This document shows positions 45,001-59,609 of a DNA stretch of 64,000 nucleotides, piece after piece; positions within the stretch are counted from its first letter, which is position 1, and every line of letters begins with the position of its first letter. The notes under the pieces were generated by a model. It was given only the letters and a program-made list of their open reading frames with translations. It had not been told where the DNA came from and ran no database searches. The stretch lies in the NCBI RefSeq assembly GCF_037042905.1, contig NC_087251.1, positions 4,900,001-4,964,000 on the forward strand, written 5' to 3'. Source of the DNA: Lytechinus pictus. Its lineage: Eukaryota. The position numbers and the translations under genes are program-made.

Positions 45001-48000
45001 TGAGGCATTTTAGAGATAAAGAACATAAAACCTGCCATAAAGTGCCATTATCTGTTGGTAGCTGTTTAGTAGGTAGATCAAAGTGCATCGCTTATCATTT
45101 TGCCCTTCACTCTATCTATTACATCGTCTATTTTTGTAATCATGTAAGATGCACATTTTCGTGAAAAATCAAAAACTCATGGCTGGTACCCGTTGCAGGA
45201 AGAAAGGAGTTGCCATCAACACTACTCCAAACATCTGACGTAATTTAATTTTTGGAAAATTAGAAATGCGCGTTTTGTTTCATTATTTTTTATTTGTTTG
45301 TTATAAAAAATATTTTGTGTGTGTGTTTGTTTGATTGCAAACTTAATACTACAAAGTGCACTGGGCTTCTCACACTCAGTAATCGTCTACTATCTGGCGC
45401 CATTAAACCGTTATCTCCACCACCCCCCCCCCCTTCCATTTTCTCTCTCACCCTCTTTCCCTTCAAATCCATTCTCTCACCTCTCCCTCTGTTGCCCCTA
45501 TTTCGTTCCCTCATTCTTCCCCTCAGTCCATCTTTATAATACATCTTTCTATCTCTGCTACCAATTCCCCCATCATTGCTTCTCCGTATCTTGACATCAT
45601 AAGATGGATTAGTTCAATCCGTTTGTTCTTTGGTTTAAGTTCTTCTCTTTCTAGCTCTTTTCCAAACACAATTATTTACCATTCTCTGACTTTGTTTATT
45701 CTGCTATACCAACCTTTAGAACCACCGGGGCGTGTTTGTCTTTAGCATTTTTTAAAGTCACATGTAAAAGAAAAAAAAAGAGGGAAAGAAGTCATTTTAA
45801 GAAACCTCTTTTAAACCGTCAAATCCCGCTAATCAGTCAAACTAGTCAAGGTCGTGACACTCATTCATTTTGTGTTATCATTTTAGCTCAGTTCCATTCT
45901 AATTCAATCGCTGTTTGCTCAAAAAATCACTTCGGTAAATTTAATACTTTTGTTTGAAATCTCAAAACTATGCCCCACAAAAAATAACCCCGAATTTTTT
46001 TTACAGTGTTATGTATGAAATGTAGGTCGCCGACTGAAACACACCCCATATATAATGTACAGTATACAGGACGGTGTCAAGGGAAAAATGGTGAAACAAA
46101 ACACTGTGCATTTCCATTGTGTTCAAGTTTAAAACAAAAATGATTTTAAAGTAATCGTAAAAGAAGTCCTAATGATTCCCGAAGAAAAAAATAGAAATGA
46201 TTTTGTACAATTTTCTACGGATTTTAATGATCGTTATTTATGAACTCGAGACATGAATATGAATCAAAATTCAATGTTTTTCTATTACAATTTCATTGAA
46301 ACGGAAGGGAATCAATCTCATAGGTAAATTTCATCGATAACTCGACATAAATTATGTCCCTGTGTGACTATCGTGTAATTCAATCTCCAGTCCATCTGAC
46401 ATTTATTTTTTCACAAACGTAACCTGATAACTATATTTATTTTACATGTGTCACGTAGTGTGAATATGTTCATATTTTCCTTCATCTGGCATAATGAATC
46501 TACAATTTTTTAGCCTTCTGAAAATATACAGCGAGTGATAAAAACATAATAGTTTATTCTATCATTAAATATATTTAGTGATTGATTTCCATTTGATTTT
46601 TTCCAACAAATGTCATACTTGGAGAGAGTACCTAAAATGAACGGTAAATGCAGAATTAATTACAGGAATATTCGGTGAAAATAAAAATGCAATGAATTAA
46701 CCTTTTTACCCCAAAACTACATGTTTTTTTGTGTTATTTATTGTATTTATTTATTTACCACAATGGTACAGGGCATTGATATGAGGTTACTGCACTGTAT
46801 CCAGTAGACATTGCGTCGTACCCTGCTTGCGTTGATTGTAGAACTAGAGAAGACAATATTTATTTTTTGTTTTAGTTGACACTCATCAAAATGAAGTATC
46901 AAACTTCAAGATTATCTGCAATCAAATTGTAGACAGACAAACATGTAAATGAATTGTAGTCCTACTTCATACATTAGCACTGCAATACTGGTCTTCAGTA
47001 CATATATCATGTATTTGTCCTTTGTAAATGTGCGTAGCCTGTTAATAGTAAGCGCATATAATCTTTACATATTGACACTCCTTCGGTTTTACATATTTGT
47101 ATATTTACAAATTAATTTACCCAGAGATAATAAGAGAGTATATATAACAAGGTACTTGTCAATATAGAGACTGTGTAAAGTAGTGGCTAATTTGTATTAT
47201 CTCTTCTCAGTGCAAGTATTTGTAGAACAGTGTTGATATCTGGGCAGTCAAATGTTGAATTTCCGACGTGAATTTGTTGACATCTCGCTGTAGAATAAGC
47301 AAATTAATCAGCTATTTAATCTAGCATGAGATGTTGTCATACATAAATACACTCGACTGATGAGTGTGAAGAAGTCAATACGTAACTGAACATCAAGTGA
47401 GATATATACATGAGCATGTCCACTGTCGTTCATTAGTGGGGCGTGGATATACCCCCCCCCCCACACACACACATACGCACCCCACACACTTTTCGAAGAG
47501 GGGGTGGCCTGTACAAACACCACTTTTCACCCAAAGATATCATTTTTTTCGATTATCAAATAATCAATGTTGTTTAAACTATGTGAATTCTTTTCTAAAT
47601 GCAGTTAAAATCCTCAAATATGCATAATTCTGAATTCTAAAAATGCAAACTTCTCGCTCGGTCGCTCCCCGCTCCATCACATAATCTTACCCCATGTCCA
47701 TGAGGATTTTGCTGAGTTATCTCATTTTTATAAAGGGAAGTCTGGGTAGGATTTCGGGCTCTAAACGACACGTATTGTGGGCTCATGTAGAAACAATCAC
47801 AATCATGTGTAACTCAATTCGATGAAGAGATGGTTCTGGGTTGTTATTATATTCATAATTATACTTATCCTTTTTTAATCATTTCATCCATTTTATACTA
47901 AATTTTGGATTAAAATAATCCGTAGCGTTCTAATATTTATTCCAAAACGGTTGGTTTACCATTAATATGGACATAAATTATTGCTAAGTGGGAAATTGAA

Positions 48001-48668
48001 ACTTTTAATAATGGATTTACGTCAGAAGCTATTATTCGGTTAAAGTTGATATTGTTTAGTTATTGTCCTCATTACTTTTATTATACAGGTAATTACAATA
48101 ATGATAATGACAACAATAGATTATCATCATTAGTAGTAGTAGTAATAACAACTTTTGTAACACGAATGATTATACACATATACCCTCTCACACTGATTCA
48201 TTTAACACATACACACACACACCCTCAAACACACCACCACCACCAATACATTTAAACATGCATTCCCTCACTCCTAGATACGCGCACACACTGACTCTCG
48301 GCACACCCTCACCCCACTCATAACCTCAAACTAAACCCTCACATTTATCCACGCACCCTCACTCCAAAAGCGGATCACTCACAAATTTTTCACTCGATCA
48401 GCACACACTCATTCCCGAACCCTCACCATAAATACACATCACATAAGCTCAACACCCACATTGTCACATATTCAATAACTCACCTCCTCTACTCACGTAA
48501 GCTCAACGCTCACATATTTCCTCGAACTTATTAAATTTATTTATTTGTCACCCACCTGCTCACAAACCTTCAACCGATCCCCATCACACACACACATATA
48601 TTTCTCAACTGTCATTTAACACGCATGAACTCTCAACCTTTAGCATCCACTCACCCACCCTCATTACA

Positions 48669-48840
48669 TGTGTGTGTGTGTATCTGAGTTTTGTCAGACT
48701 TGTATCAATCAGATATGATTATTTACGTCTGGGACCGACCTTTAACGTCACCATCCGAAAGACGTGACCAGGGCTCGAACCTCTGCATCAATTTGTAACT
48801 TCCCCACTAAGCTTGGATTACAGGCGCACGCCACAACGGC
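48669..48840 (-). mobile_element. Short SINE with 7SL/Alu-like 5' head, B-box and (CA)n tail
   Basis: Minus strand reads GCCGTTGTGGCGTGCGCCTGTAATCCAAGCT...GGTTCGAGCCC...GTCACGTCTTTCGGATGGTGAC...ACACACACAC. Confidence 0.7.
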
Positions 48841-48964
48841 TTGACACCCACATCTTAACAAGCATTCAACCAATCCTAATCATGCAAACCCTCACACACA
48901 TCTCTCAATCTTATGCATCCATTTACCCACCCTCATCACCTACACACACGCACGCACACCCACA

Positions 48965-49004
<40 letters not shown>

Positions 49005-52000
49005 CACACACAGCCTGTCACATACACATTCAGTACCTTCTTACCACCCACCCACACCCTCACAACCGTTTACAAACCTCTTTTCTCGCTAGTTTTGTAC
49101 ACGCATAGATCTACGTAATCCTCACACTTATTCACAAACTTTGTGCTCTGTAATATATACATACTGAATATTAATACTATAGGGTTTTAAAAATATATTA
49201 ACACATAAATTTCCTCCAAAAGTGGGTTACAATGAAACTTAATCCATCAAGATTCAACAAACAATACAAGCCGGTAGCTGTCTATTGATTTATCAAACAG
49301 TTAATACCATCCAGATGTTCTCTTATTCTGTAGTCACTATGGTAACTTACGAGTTGATTTTCATGCATCGCATTCATAAACATAAGTGATAAATACATTA
49401 ATATAATTATTGAATCGTTATTGTTTTGTATCATATTTTAGCTATTTCATGATCTTATCTTCACAAAATCGTAAATATATATTTTTGCAAATTTTCTACA
49501 TTCATTTTTTTTACAATGAACTTCGATCGCCTACAGGTTTGTCCGGTATTCAGGAAAGTAAGCAAAACAAAACAAAATTGTTTATATTATGTTCTTTAAT
49601 TATGTTTTCAATCGCAAATTAAAGTAACTGTTCGTCTACGACGATGTAATGGTTGATTCTTTCTCCTTTTGAAATCATGATTGTAGCACTTGAGTTGATT
49701 GCAGAATATATTCTTTAATCACAAGGTGTTCTTGTTGGGCATGCCTTAATATGGTTTCATGGTTCATAACACCCAGGGGTAAAAAAAAATCATGCAGTCA
49801 TGCATTAAAAGCAAAGCAAAAAAATTAAAAAAATAAAAATGAATACATAAAGGGAAAAAAACTATAGTCTAATGTTTCTTGTGAGTTATACTGTTATTAA
49901 ATATTACTGCTATGTAAACTTTTGATCTTCAACAAAGTACTTTTTGTTGAATTGACCCACACTTCACTGATGCTTTTACCCTAGCTACTCTAGATTCTAC
50001 AAACTGTGATGGCATCTCACACTTTGGATTGAATTATGTGGTTTTGCTGGTTGGCCTTGGTTACATTTTTTCTCTTTTTTTGAGCATAGATGAAATTCAA
50101 GTTGACTGAGCATGATTTGAACAAGTCAACCCTACTGAATACAAATACCGCGTTTCAAGCATGCCTCCTTATACAGTGTAACGTATCATCAAGCATGAAC
50201 AAAGTTGTTAAATCTTGATAAAGGTTCAGGAAGCCGTCGTAGATTTTTACTTATTCACAGAGGCGTGTCATCTTAGAATAAACAATCGCAGAATTATCGT
50301 TTTGACTTATATCTGTGTATATGATTCAACTGATTTTAGTTGATATTCAGAATTCTTGAAATTCAAGTTATATGTACGATTTTATAAGAACAAATAGAAT
50401 TATTTTTATAATTGAGAAGAAATAGCGTTCCATTTGCTTCAAATCAATTACGTCATCAGTCCTTTTAACATGATTAATTTCACATTATTGAGCGTTCTAA
50501 AATAATGCCGATATTGTCCCTTTATCTTATGTTTAATTCATGTTTGTTTAATTTAAAACTGCGTCTTATTGGATTAGCTTATCTCATTTCATCAATTTGT
50601 TTTGGGTCAATAATGGATAATCATTTGAATTTGACATTTCTTGCTCTACAATATAAATTGTAATATAATGTCAACGAACATAATACATAAATTTATTCAT
50701 TTCGAGTAAATATAGTGCCTTGATTACCTAACCGAGTGGATACGTGCGCTATATACATCCAATATTATAATTATGTTATTATCAAGATATAAAAATACTA
50801 GAGTAATTAGCGGTTTTATAGAAAATTAAATTTTAACAAAATAATCAAGTAAAATTAATCATGATGATCGATACATATCCTTGTGAACTTTTAATGAACT
50901 TTTAACAAAGATTCCTTATAGTTATATGGACTTGCCAACTTATGTCAAATGTCAAGATTGATATCATTCCCTCAGGCAATTTTAGAGAATTCCCTTCAAC
51001 TTAACCGTGTTTGCGGATCACCATTCAATAATTCTGTTGTCAGTTATTCATATTTCCATCATAGATCAATTCCAATGTATTCTATTTTCTATTTCTACCG
51101 CAGTGACGTCACTATGATTATAGCAACATCGATTGTGTAACCACAATATGAATATTTTTACAACTTTTTTTTCTCTTGTAATTTGGATATTCATTTCGGC
51201 CTGTCATACCACAATAATTAGGGTACATGGTGTGGTTCTATGCGGACTGAAAATAGGTAAAAACTGTTTGAACTTAGAACTCATTTTGATGAAGGTAAAA
51301 TGAGGGGTTTTGATTTCAGCTAGTTGTCCCCATTCAATATATCCCGAGAAAAAAGTCTGGTGATGGGGATATAGTACATCATGGGGGAATGAAATGAAAG
51401 GCAAGGTGGGGGAGAGAGAATAGAAGGCATCAAGGATCGTCAGACAAGCGTGTCGTCTACATGCAACTCAGCCCGACAGAGTCCGGGGATCTTTTGTCAG
51501 TCTCACGTACAGTATTGCTAACTCTCAGACCAACACCGCGACCTCAACAATAATGCATACCTCCTCGCCTCATACCCCCTCATCTTATTGTGCCCATATT
51601 TTGGGGTCGGAGCGCGCTAGGGGAGAGATCTTAATACATCATTTTTTTCATTGTAACCCTTATGTTTTCCTCTCGTTTTGTCCAGACTCTCTCTTTTCTT
51701 CTTCCTTTTCTTTTAAATTGAAAATCAGTAATTTCCGACTCTCCTTTTGGTGTTTTATATTGACACATGCCAATCAGGACTGGGTTCGTGGTCTGATCAA
51801 AAATTGGTTGGATTTTGAATCGCTTGGCCGTGACCGAAATGTAACTAGAAACCTTTTACCGCACAGACCTTGGATTTGGACTTAAAAATTGGGTCTCATT
51901 CGCCGAGAAGGAAGTGGTATACTCAAATTGCCAAACAATTTCACTTTAAAAAAAGGAATGCTAAAAACAGGGTCTAAGGCCACCAAATTTCAGATTTACG

Positions 52001-53174
52001 ATAGTTCTTTTTTTTTGTAGAGAAAAGTGCCTTTCTAAACCTAAGACAAAGAACATTTAGCACATTTTTTGTGCAGCAATGTACATTGGATACTATTTTT
52101 ATTCTGGAAATATAACATTCCATACTATATGCAAAATATATATATTTTATCATGAAATAACTTCAGAGTCAGTGATAATTTCACTTTTCCTTTCCGTCTG
52201 ACATCATTTTAGTGAACTTTTTTTTTTCATCTTGGCCATTCTTGTTTTAAACCTTCATTGAATAATGGCCAATGGTATCAAGACAGTATCTGACCTTTTT
52301 AAAAATCAAACTTGAAACATTAAATGGAAGTTAAAGATATATATCATAATTCTCCCATATTTTATGCTTAAAACTGGATTGATTAAATGTCTTATAATTT
52401 ATTATTATTGGTATATTAGCACACGCGAGTAGACATATGCCTATATATCATGATACAATTTTTTTCCCCCATAATCTATTTCCTTGAATGTTGGTGTTTT
52501 TCGACTCATATTTATTGCAGTGGGTTGCAATCTTATCTAGTTATGATAAGAAGAGGATGATAACTCATAGGATGAACTTTAAAGGTGCGTGTTCACCTTT
52601 TCGAGTGGTTTAGAGGTACACGCCCCTTTTAAGAGAGACGGATGTTGGTATTGTTAGCTGGGTTAATGGTTAACCTACTCCTATGTAGAATCAATGGTGG
52701 GCATGGTCTATGATACTCTGATAAACCTACCTATATCACGTATTGGACAAGGCTGATCGAAGTGATCAATAGTTGGATGAATTCATTATTAATTCTTTTT
52801 CCAATTTGAGAATTGGATTCAGATAATATTAATATGAATAATGAAAATTAATTTCTAAAGTGATTTAGAGTGCTCAACTAATTAAAATACTGCGCTTAAG
52901 TTGGTTTCTTGAAATCTTTCAAAGACGAATGAAACCTGTTGAATTCTGTTCTACCATGATATCCTTTTCAATTTCATCTTCCTTGGTAATCGCAGGTCAT
53001 TTTGATCTGCCCGTATCGTCTTTTTTTACAATGAAATATCATTAAACATAATCATTACCAGGTCCCTCGGAGAGGGCCTTAAACACTCTGTCTCCTGGTT
53101 GCTTGCTTCCAAGCATTCCTACTTTCTTAGCAAGTAGGTAAAAAAAAATCACCACCATTTACCACTTACCATTC

Positions 53175-53322
53175 ATTATTATTATTCTTATTATTATTAT
53201 TGATATTATTATTATCATTATTATTATTATTAATAATGTCAATCATTTGTATTGTTATTATTATTATTATTGTTTTTGTAATTGTTGTTGTTATTATCAT
53301 TAGCGTTATTAATATTATTATT
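53175..53322. repeat. (ATT)n degenerate microsatellite
   Basis: Direct reading. Confidence 0.9.
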
Positions 53323-54544
53323 ATGGACAGATAAAGAAAAAGCTTGTTGCAAACACCCCTCAATTCCGATATAACTATTTCGTTATTTAAATTTTAACAT
53401 TTTAAAATTCGATATATTGCCCTGTAATTATATACAGTGCCACTTTCATGACTGTTGACCATGATAAAAAAAATGTTTGTCCTATTCCAGCATTTTTATA
53501 GCAATTTTATTTGTAGTTGAAGTATCCTATCAAAATATGAAAAGTTGGTGCCGGGTTGTTGTTTGTTTGTTTGTTTTTGTTTTGTTTTTTATTTTTACAA
53601 ATGATGCGATTTCTCCCAAGTATTTAGAATACGTTCAAGATGTATATACAATATGTATATGGGTAACTAAATTTTTCAGTAAGCCAGAACGGCAAAAACG
53701 CATGGCAAAATTGTTATGCATATAGCATGGGTGGCTAACAGAACTAAACCCTTTGTATTAAATCTTTACATTTAATATTGTCTATTTCTGAGTAACGACC
53801 CCTAATCAAATTGACCAATTGAATGGTCAGTTTAAAGTTTACTCTTGATTTAGGTCTCTCCACCCCTCCATTCGACTTGGTAATTTGTGGCTTTCAAGCA
53901 ACAATAAGCTTTCAAGTCTCCTTTTGTTAGTAGCTAGACAAAACCAATTACATCATTAGTATTCTCTTAATTGAAGGCATCTACTACGTGTTTCATAATA
54001 GCTAGTGTCTTCGTAGTCACTCAATTCTTTTCGTAAAAGCAGGCGGTACAGCTTTCGCAAACAACGTCTTTTTAATAGCTTTTTCCGAGCTCTCCATCCA
54101 TTTAAACTTAAAATACTGGTATCAGCTGGCGTATTATCGATCTTAACTGCACGTATGTTACATTTTTTTTTCAAATTAAACTATATGATTATTATATTAA
54201 CCTCAATTTGTTGAATTACTTACACATTAAACACTCCCCTCTGTTTCATGAAATGGAAATTTTTGTATACAAATAAACCTTTATTGAAATAACTTTTTTT
54301 TTATTGTAATTCGACAAAATATAACAGCAAAAAGACATTAGCAGGGACAAACCAAATGTGTCATGGATACTGTATCACACACAATTTAAGCATCGAACAT
54401 GATGAAAGCGAGGCAAAGAATGCAATCAATTCCTTCTATTCTAAGATAAATTTCAGTTGGCTTCTTATAGAAAGAATCTACAAAAATTCAAGGTATGGCA
54501 TATCACTTTTAAAATGATATAAAACACAAAAAAGAAAGACAAAA

Positions 54545-55772
54545 CTCATGTTGGAAATTATAGACCTATTAGCGTGTTAAGTATAGTGTTGAAAATTTTA
54601 GAGAAATGCGTGTATTCTCAAATTGAGAAATACTTTAAAGAATACAAAATCATTTATGAATTTCAATCTGGTTTTAGGAATGGTTATTCTACTGAAACAT
54701 GTTTCATTCACTTGTTGGATTTTGTTAGGAATGAAATTTCTGAAGGCCGTTATGTTGGGATGATTCTTCTTTTCTTACAAAAATAATTCAAAATAGGATT
54801 GTTAGATTTATTAATTGCTTACACCCAAGGACACGTGTTAGGAAGCAATGAAATTGAAAAAGTTGGCCTTTGTCGCATAGACCAGTGATGGCAACAACTT
54901 ATTCTTCACCATGTTTATAAAATTTTCTTTTCAAACGAATATCATTACATATCAAAATATTTTACTCAGCCATCTAGTATTCATGGTCATGAAACAAAAA
55001 TAGTCAATTTAACCTTGTTGTACCTATGAGAAAGGAGAAAGTGTCAAATTGGAAACACGTTTTATTATAAAGGTATACAACGATGGAATTCCCTCCCTAA
55101 TCATGTTAAATCGGTTAAGACTTTTTCACATTTTAAAAGATTATTGAAGCAACATTTAAAGATGTCCCCACTCTGTGATGTTAATTATTCTTTCTAATTT
55201 CATTTGAATCGTGTATTCATATGTATAACTATGTAGTTATGATCTATTTAATCAACTTGCCTTTTATACTTTTTCATCATCTTTTGTTGATTGCATGAAG
55301 TTTGATGTCAAACTTATTTGTCTTTGTTTTTTATATATCGGGTTTTACGATTCATGAATTGTGTATTCGTTCCGATGTATTAAACGCTAAACTGATAAAA
55401 GCGGAATATTATTGTTATTTTTATTCTTATATATAAACATGGAGTTATGATCTTTTAATCAACTTGTTTTACAATTATTTTCATCATCTTTTGTTGATAT
55501 CTTGAAAGTTTTGATGTCACACTTATTTGTTTTTGTCTTTTTATATATTAAGTTTTATAATTCGTCGTTAGCTTAGTGGTCTAGACTTAATTGATGTAGT
55601 TTGTAGATTTTATAGGTGTTTTTCGTAAATGTTCTTTTTCATAAATTACTTATGTTAGGATCTCATTGGAAATAAGCCATCTCGGCTTTCATGTGCTATC
55701 CTGTCAAGGTATTTTGAATACTTTATATTATTCCTGTACCTTTTATATATTACCTGACAAATAAAATCAATC
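54545..55772 (+). mobile_element. Degenerate, internally deleted CR1/L2-group LINE (RT fragment, ORF2 C-terminus, 3' UTR)
   Basis: NYRPISVLSIVLKILEKCVYSQI...QSGFRNGYSTET...VGMILL is an RT N-terminal motif set; FYYKGIQRWNSLPNHVK at ~55061-55110; tail aataaaatcaatc; diverged direct repeat at ~55236 and ~55443. Confidence 0.82.
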
Positions 55773-56405
55773 CATTTATCGGTGAGAGGTTGCATGGATC
55801 GATCCCTTTACTCCGATGACCATGATGACATTGATGATGAGGAGGTATGGTGATGACGTTAATCGTTCGGTTGCTATAGCTGGACATCGGGATAATCATC
55901 ATAATGAAACCACAATCTAACCTCACTGATACCATGCTCCTCCTCTATTGTAGTCACTATAACACGCTCAGCAAACTTCACCCCACCAACCACCATTGTA
56001 TTACCCCTATTGTTCCCCCGATCCGTTTCTTAGAGGACCCTGAAGATGACGAAAACAGGGGCGTTCATACCTACATCTACGTCAATGAATAAGAATGAAG
56101 GAGTCTGATTTACTTTACTCCTGCTTTTAAATCATCTCTTTTAACCATCTTCACAGTGAGAAGATAATAATGGGGTCGAAAGTGAAACCACGAAGTGGTT
56201 CTAAGCCAAAAGCACTGAAGTTGATTTGGGGTCTAGAAGTGTCGGGCAGCCATTTCCAGGGAAACAATGACGACATCGGAACAGATTATTCCATTTTTAT
56301 ATAACTTCTAGGAATGTGCCCATCAACACCAAACCGTTAGATTTATTTTGTTTACGGTTTATAGTTGATGAGCTATTTTTAGTAACAGAAACAAGCTGTA
56401 TTTAA

Positions 56406-56663
56406 CAGTGGTGTGATGAGCCAAAAATTTCGAGGGGGCGATAATTGCGTATCGGGCATTTTTTTTTAAGTTGGCGAGCGACCGAAGCGAGAGAGCACAA
56501 ATTGTTACTTTTATATAAAAACAAATCAAATTTCGTAATAGATTTTGACCTAATAGTCAGAAAATAATCTCATGTGTCACCCTTCTCTCTTTTCTCTGTT
56601 TTTCCATGGTCGTGAAAAAATTGGAGAAGGGCAAGCGCCCCACCCCCCATCTGTACGCCATTG
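56406..56663. mobile_element. Short TIR element; related fragment at ~1604-1760
   Basis: Ends cagtggtgtga / gtacgccattg; gagccaaaaat..gaggggg and following sequence are shared with ~1617-1750. Confidence 0.6.
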
Positions 56664-56917
56664 GTATTCAGGTAAATTTATTATAGTATATGCAATGTTA
56701 TTATGAATTCATTTTCAGAAGAGGTCATTGGATTTTTTATTATTATTCTTAATTTTCACAATTACAAAAAATCAAACTGCAATTAACAAAGAGAAAAGGA
56801 CGAGAGGATGTTAACAATACAAGTCCCGGTTGCATGGGGAAGGATAGAATGAATACCTAAAGCCCACATGCTTTCCGCATCGACATACACTTAATTAAAA
56901 ACAATCAAAATTCAGAT

Positions 56918-56933
56918 AGTAGTAGCAGTAGTG

Positions 56934-57023
<90 letters not shown>

Positions 57024-57061
57024 ATATTAGTAGTAATAGTAGTAGTAGTAGTAGTAGTAGA

Positions 57062-57099
<38 letters not shown>

Positions 57100-57109
57100 T
57101 AGTGGTATA

Positions 57110-57155
<46 letters not shown>

Positions 57156-57184
57156 CAGTAGTAGTAGCAGTATAGTAGTAGTAA

Positions 57185-57254
<70 letters not shown>

Positions 57255-57412
57255 GGTGGTGGTGGTGGTTGTGGTGGTAGTAGTAGTAGTAATGGTAGCA
57301 GTAGTAGTTGTTGTAGTAGTGATGGTGGTGGTGGTGGTGGTGGTGGTAGTAGTAGTGGTGGTAGTAGTAGTATGGTAATATAGCAGCAGAAGTAGTATGG
57401 TAGTATAGCAGC

Positions 57413-57494
<82 letters not shown>

Positions 57495-57495
57495 A

Positions 57496-57567
<72 letters not shown>

Positions 57568-57631
57568 AAGTAGTAGTGGTGGTGGTAGTGGTAGTAGTAG
57601 TAGTAGTGGTGGTGGTGGTGGTGGTGGTAGT
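56918..57631. repeat. Compound trinucleotide microsatellite (TAG)n/(TGG)n/(CAG)n, ~710 bp
   Basis: Direct reading. Confidence 0.97.
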
Positions 57632-58433
57632 AATTAATTAAGAACTCCTGAAAAAATTACTCTTCAGGGTTCATGGTTCACGGAAAGCAGTAGATATTAA
57701 TCAGGAAAATGCACCTATTGACACGATTGAGTATCAAAATAGGAAGAATAAAATAGCATTAAAATTAAATGAATGAGAATTGTCACCAATCTAAACAAAT
57801 CGATGAGCAGATTTGAAATATACAAAATAAAAAGTAGAAGAGATGGAAAGAAAAAAAGTTTAGAATTCAAAGTAATATTATTAGCTGAAATGCTATTGAT
57901 GAAACTGTCAAGTAGAATGATCTTATGAACAGTAAAGATATGAAATAGTTGACGTATGAATAGAAGATACCAAGACATCTAAAATCCCTGCATTTATATT
58001 TGTCTGATTTCATTACTCCAAACTTGGCCTTTTAGATACATCTCCCAATGCGTATAATCAAAAGTTTATAACTTAAAATTGACGATCTATTTTGAATGTA
58101 ATTGTACAGACTGTCACTGGAGTGAATGAGGTGTTGATTCCTATGAAAATCTCAATTTGTTCATTTTGTCATTCGCTCTAATTCAAATTGCAGTTTTCAT
58201 TTCCTATCTAATCTTCCAACGCTTCGAACATTATCCAAATTAACTGCACGTCATGCTTTTAATTTCTTGATTATGAGTTTCACACCTATATAGGATTGAG
58301 TCTCTCTCTCTCTCCCATTCCCCTCCATCTCTCCCCCTCCCTCTCTCCCTCCCCCTCCTTCCCTCTCTCTCGTCGTTTGTTTATTTCCCTCATTTTCTCC
58401 TCCGCTTCAACATTTTCCCATTTATATCTTTAA

Positions 58434-58796
58434 GGTAAAAGACAGTAGTTGCAGCAAACAATTATTTCATGAGAGAGTCTTTTAAATCAAGGTTAATTGT
58501 CAAAATATTATCATACATCTAGATCTGGTACATTAATGTAAACTTATGTTTGTAAAATCATGAAATCTAAGCTCAAAATCGATAATTCTGATGATCATTA
58601 ACACAATTTTGCTTCGAAAATACCCGACATTGACGGAATTCCGTGCTTATTTTGCTAATTTCTCAGCAATTACGCATTTTCTTCCAGAGCTAATAGGCAC
58701 ATATTTTTAATTTATACATGCAAACACTTTGGTGGTAATTTCATTGGATTCTGTTCGAACTTATTTTTAGATTGTTACCACAACTGGTATTCATCT
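58434..58796. mobile_element. Diverged TTAA-flanked MITE
   Basis: TTAA on both sides; imperfect TIR ggtaaaagacagtagttg / caactggtattcatct. Confidence 0.55.
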
Positions 58797-58956
58797 TTAA
58801 CATGACACTGTCTTCTGCTACATTTCTGTATATCTTCATCTACGTGACTACGCCTACGTAATCTTTCTATAATGTGGTGCACTCGATCCAGGTGAGGGAC
58901 ATGCTACCTACAGGCAAGAATTCCTCAAAAAAGCTGTGAGCACTGGAATCGGTAGC

Positions 58957-59358
58957 CGAACTGGTAAATTGCCAATTCGTCTATTGCCAACTCGTTCACT
59001 CATCACATGGTCTGCCTTCATTTAGTCTAATGCCATTATGTCTATCAAAATTTCGTCTGACAACCAGTTGGTTCAATAACCATTTGGTCCAATAATCACT
59101 TCGTCTAATCAAGAATTCGTCTATGACCATTTCGTCTCATAACCATTCCATTCATTTCGCTCAATTAACACTTCCAATTAGACCAAATGGTATATGGACT
59201 AAGTGGCTATTTGACCAACTGGTTATTAGATGAAATGGTGAGTGGACAAAATGGCAATTAGACCATGTGGATAGAGGACGAAGAAGTGATGGAAGACCAA
59301 ATGATAGTAGACGAGTTGGTGATTGGACGAATTGGCATTAGACCAATTGAAACTAAAC
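58957..59358. mobile_element. Palindromic MITE made of ~15-17 bp subrepeats, apparently inside a SINE-like remnant (~58870-59430)
   Basis: gccaattcgtcta..ccaactcgt / acgagttgg..gacgaattggc inverted symmetry; downstream SINE/LINE-like tail gtgcgctttacaagt runs into (att)n. Confidence 0.65.
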
Positions 59359-59424
59359 CACTTAGCTTAAAAGAGTGCCTTGAGCACATATCAAGGTGGA
59401 TGTGTGCGCTTTACAAGTACCCTA

Positions 59425-59609
59425 TATTATTATTATTGTTATTATTATTGTTATTATTATCATTATAATCATCATCATAATTATTATTATTATTATCATT
59501 ATTATTATTATCACTATTATTATTATCATTTTTATTATTATTATTATCATTATTATTATTAGTAGTAGTAGTAGTAGTAGTATTATCATTATCATCATCA
59601 TCATCATCA
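59425..59609. repeat. (ATT)n/(AGT)n/(ATC)n microsatellite
   Basis: Direct reading; source of the poly-Ile/poly-Tyr ORFs. Confidence 0.93.

Noticed and set aside
54574..54786. Reverse-transcriptase-like ORF as a functional gene or retron
   Set aside because: Short, stops before the catalytic YxDD motif; part of a deleted LINE.
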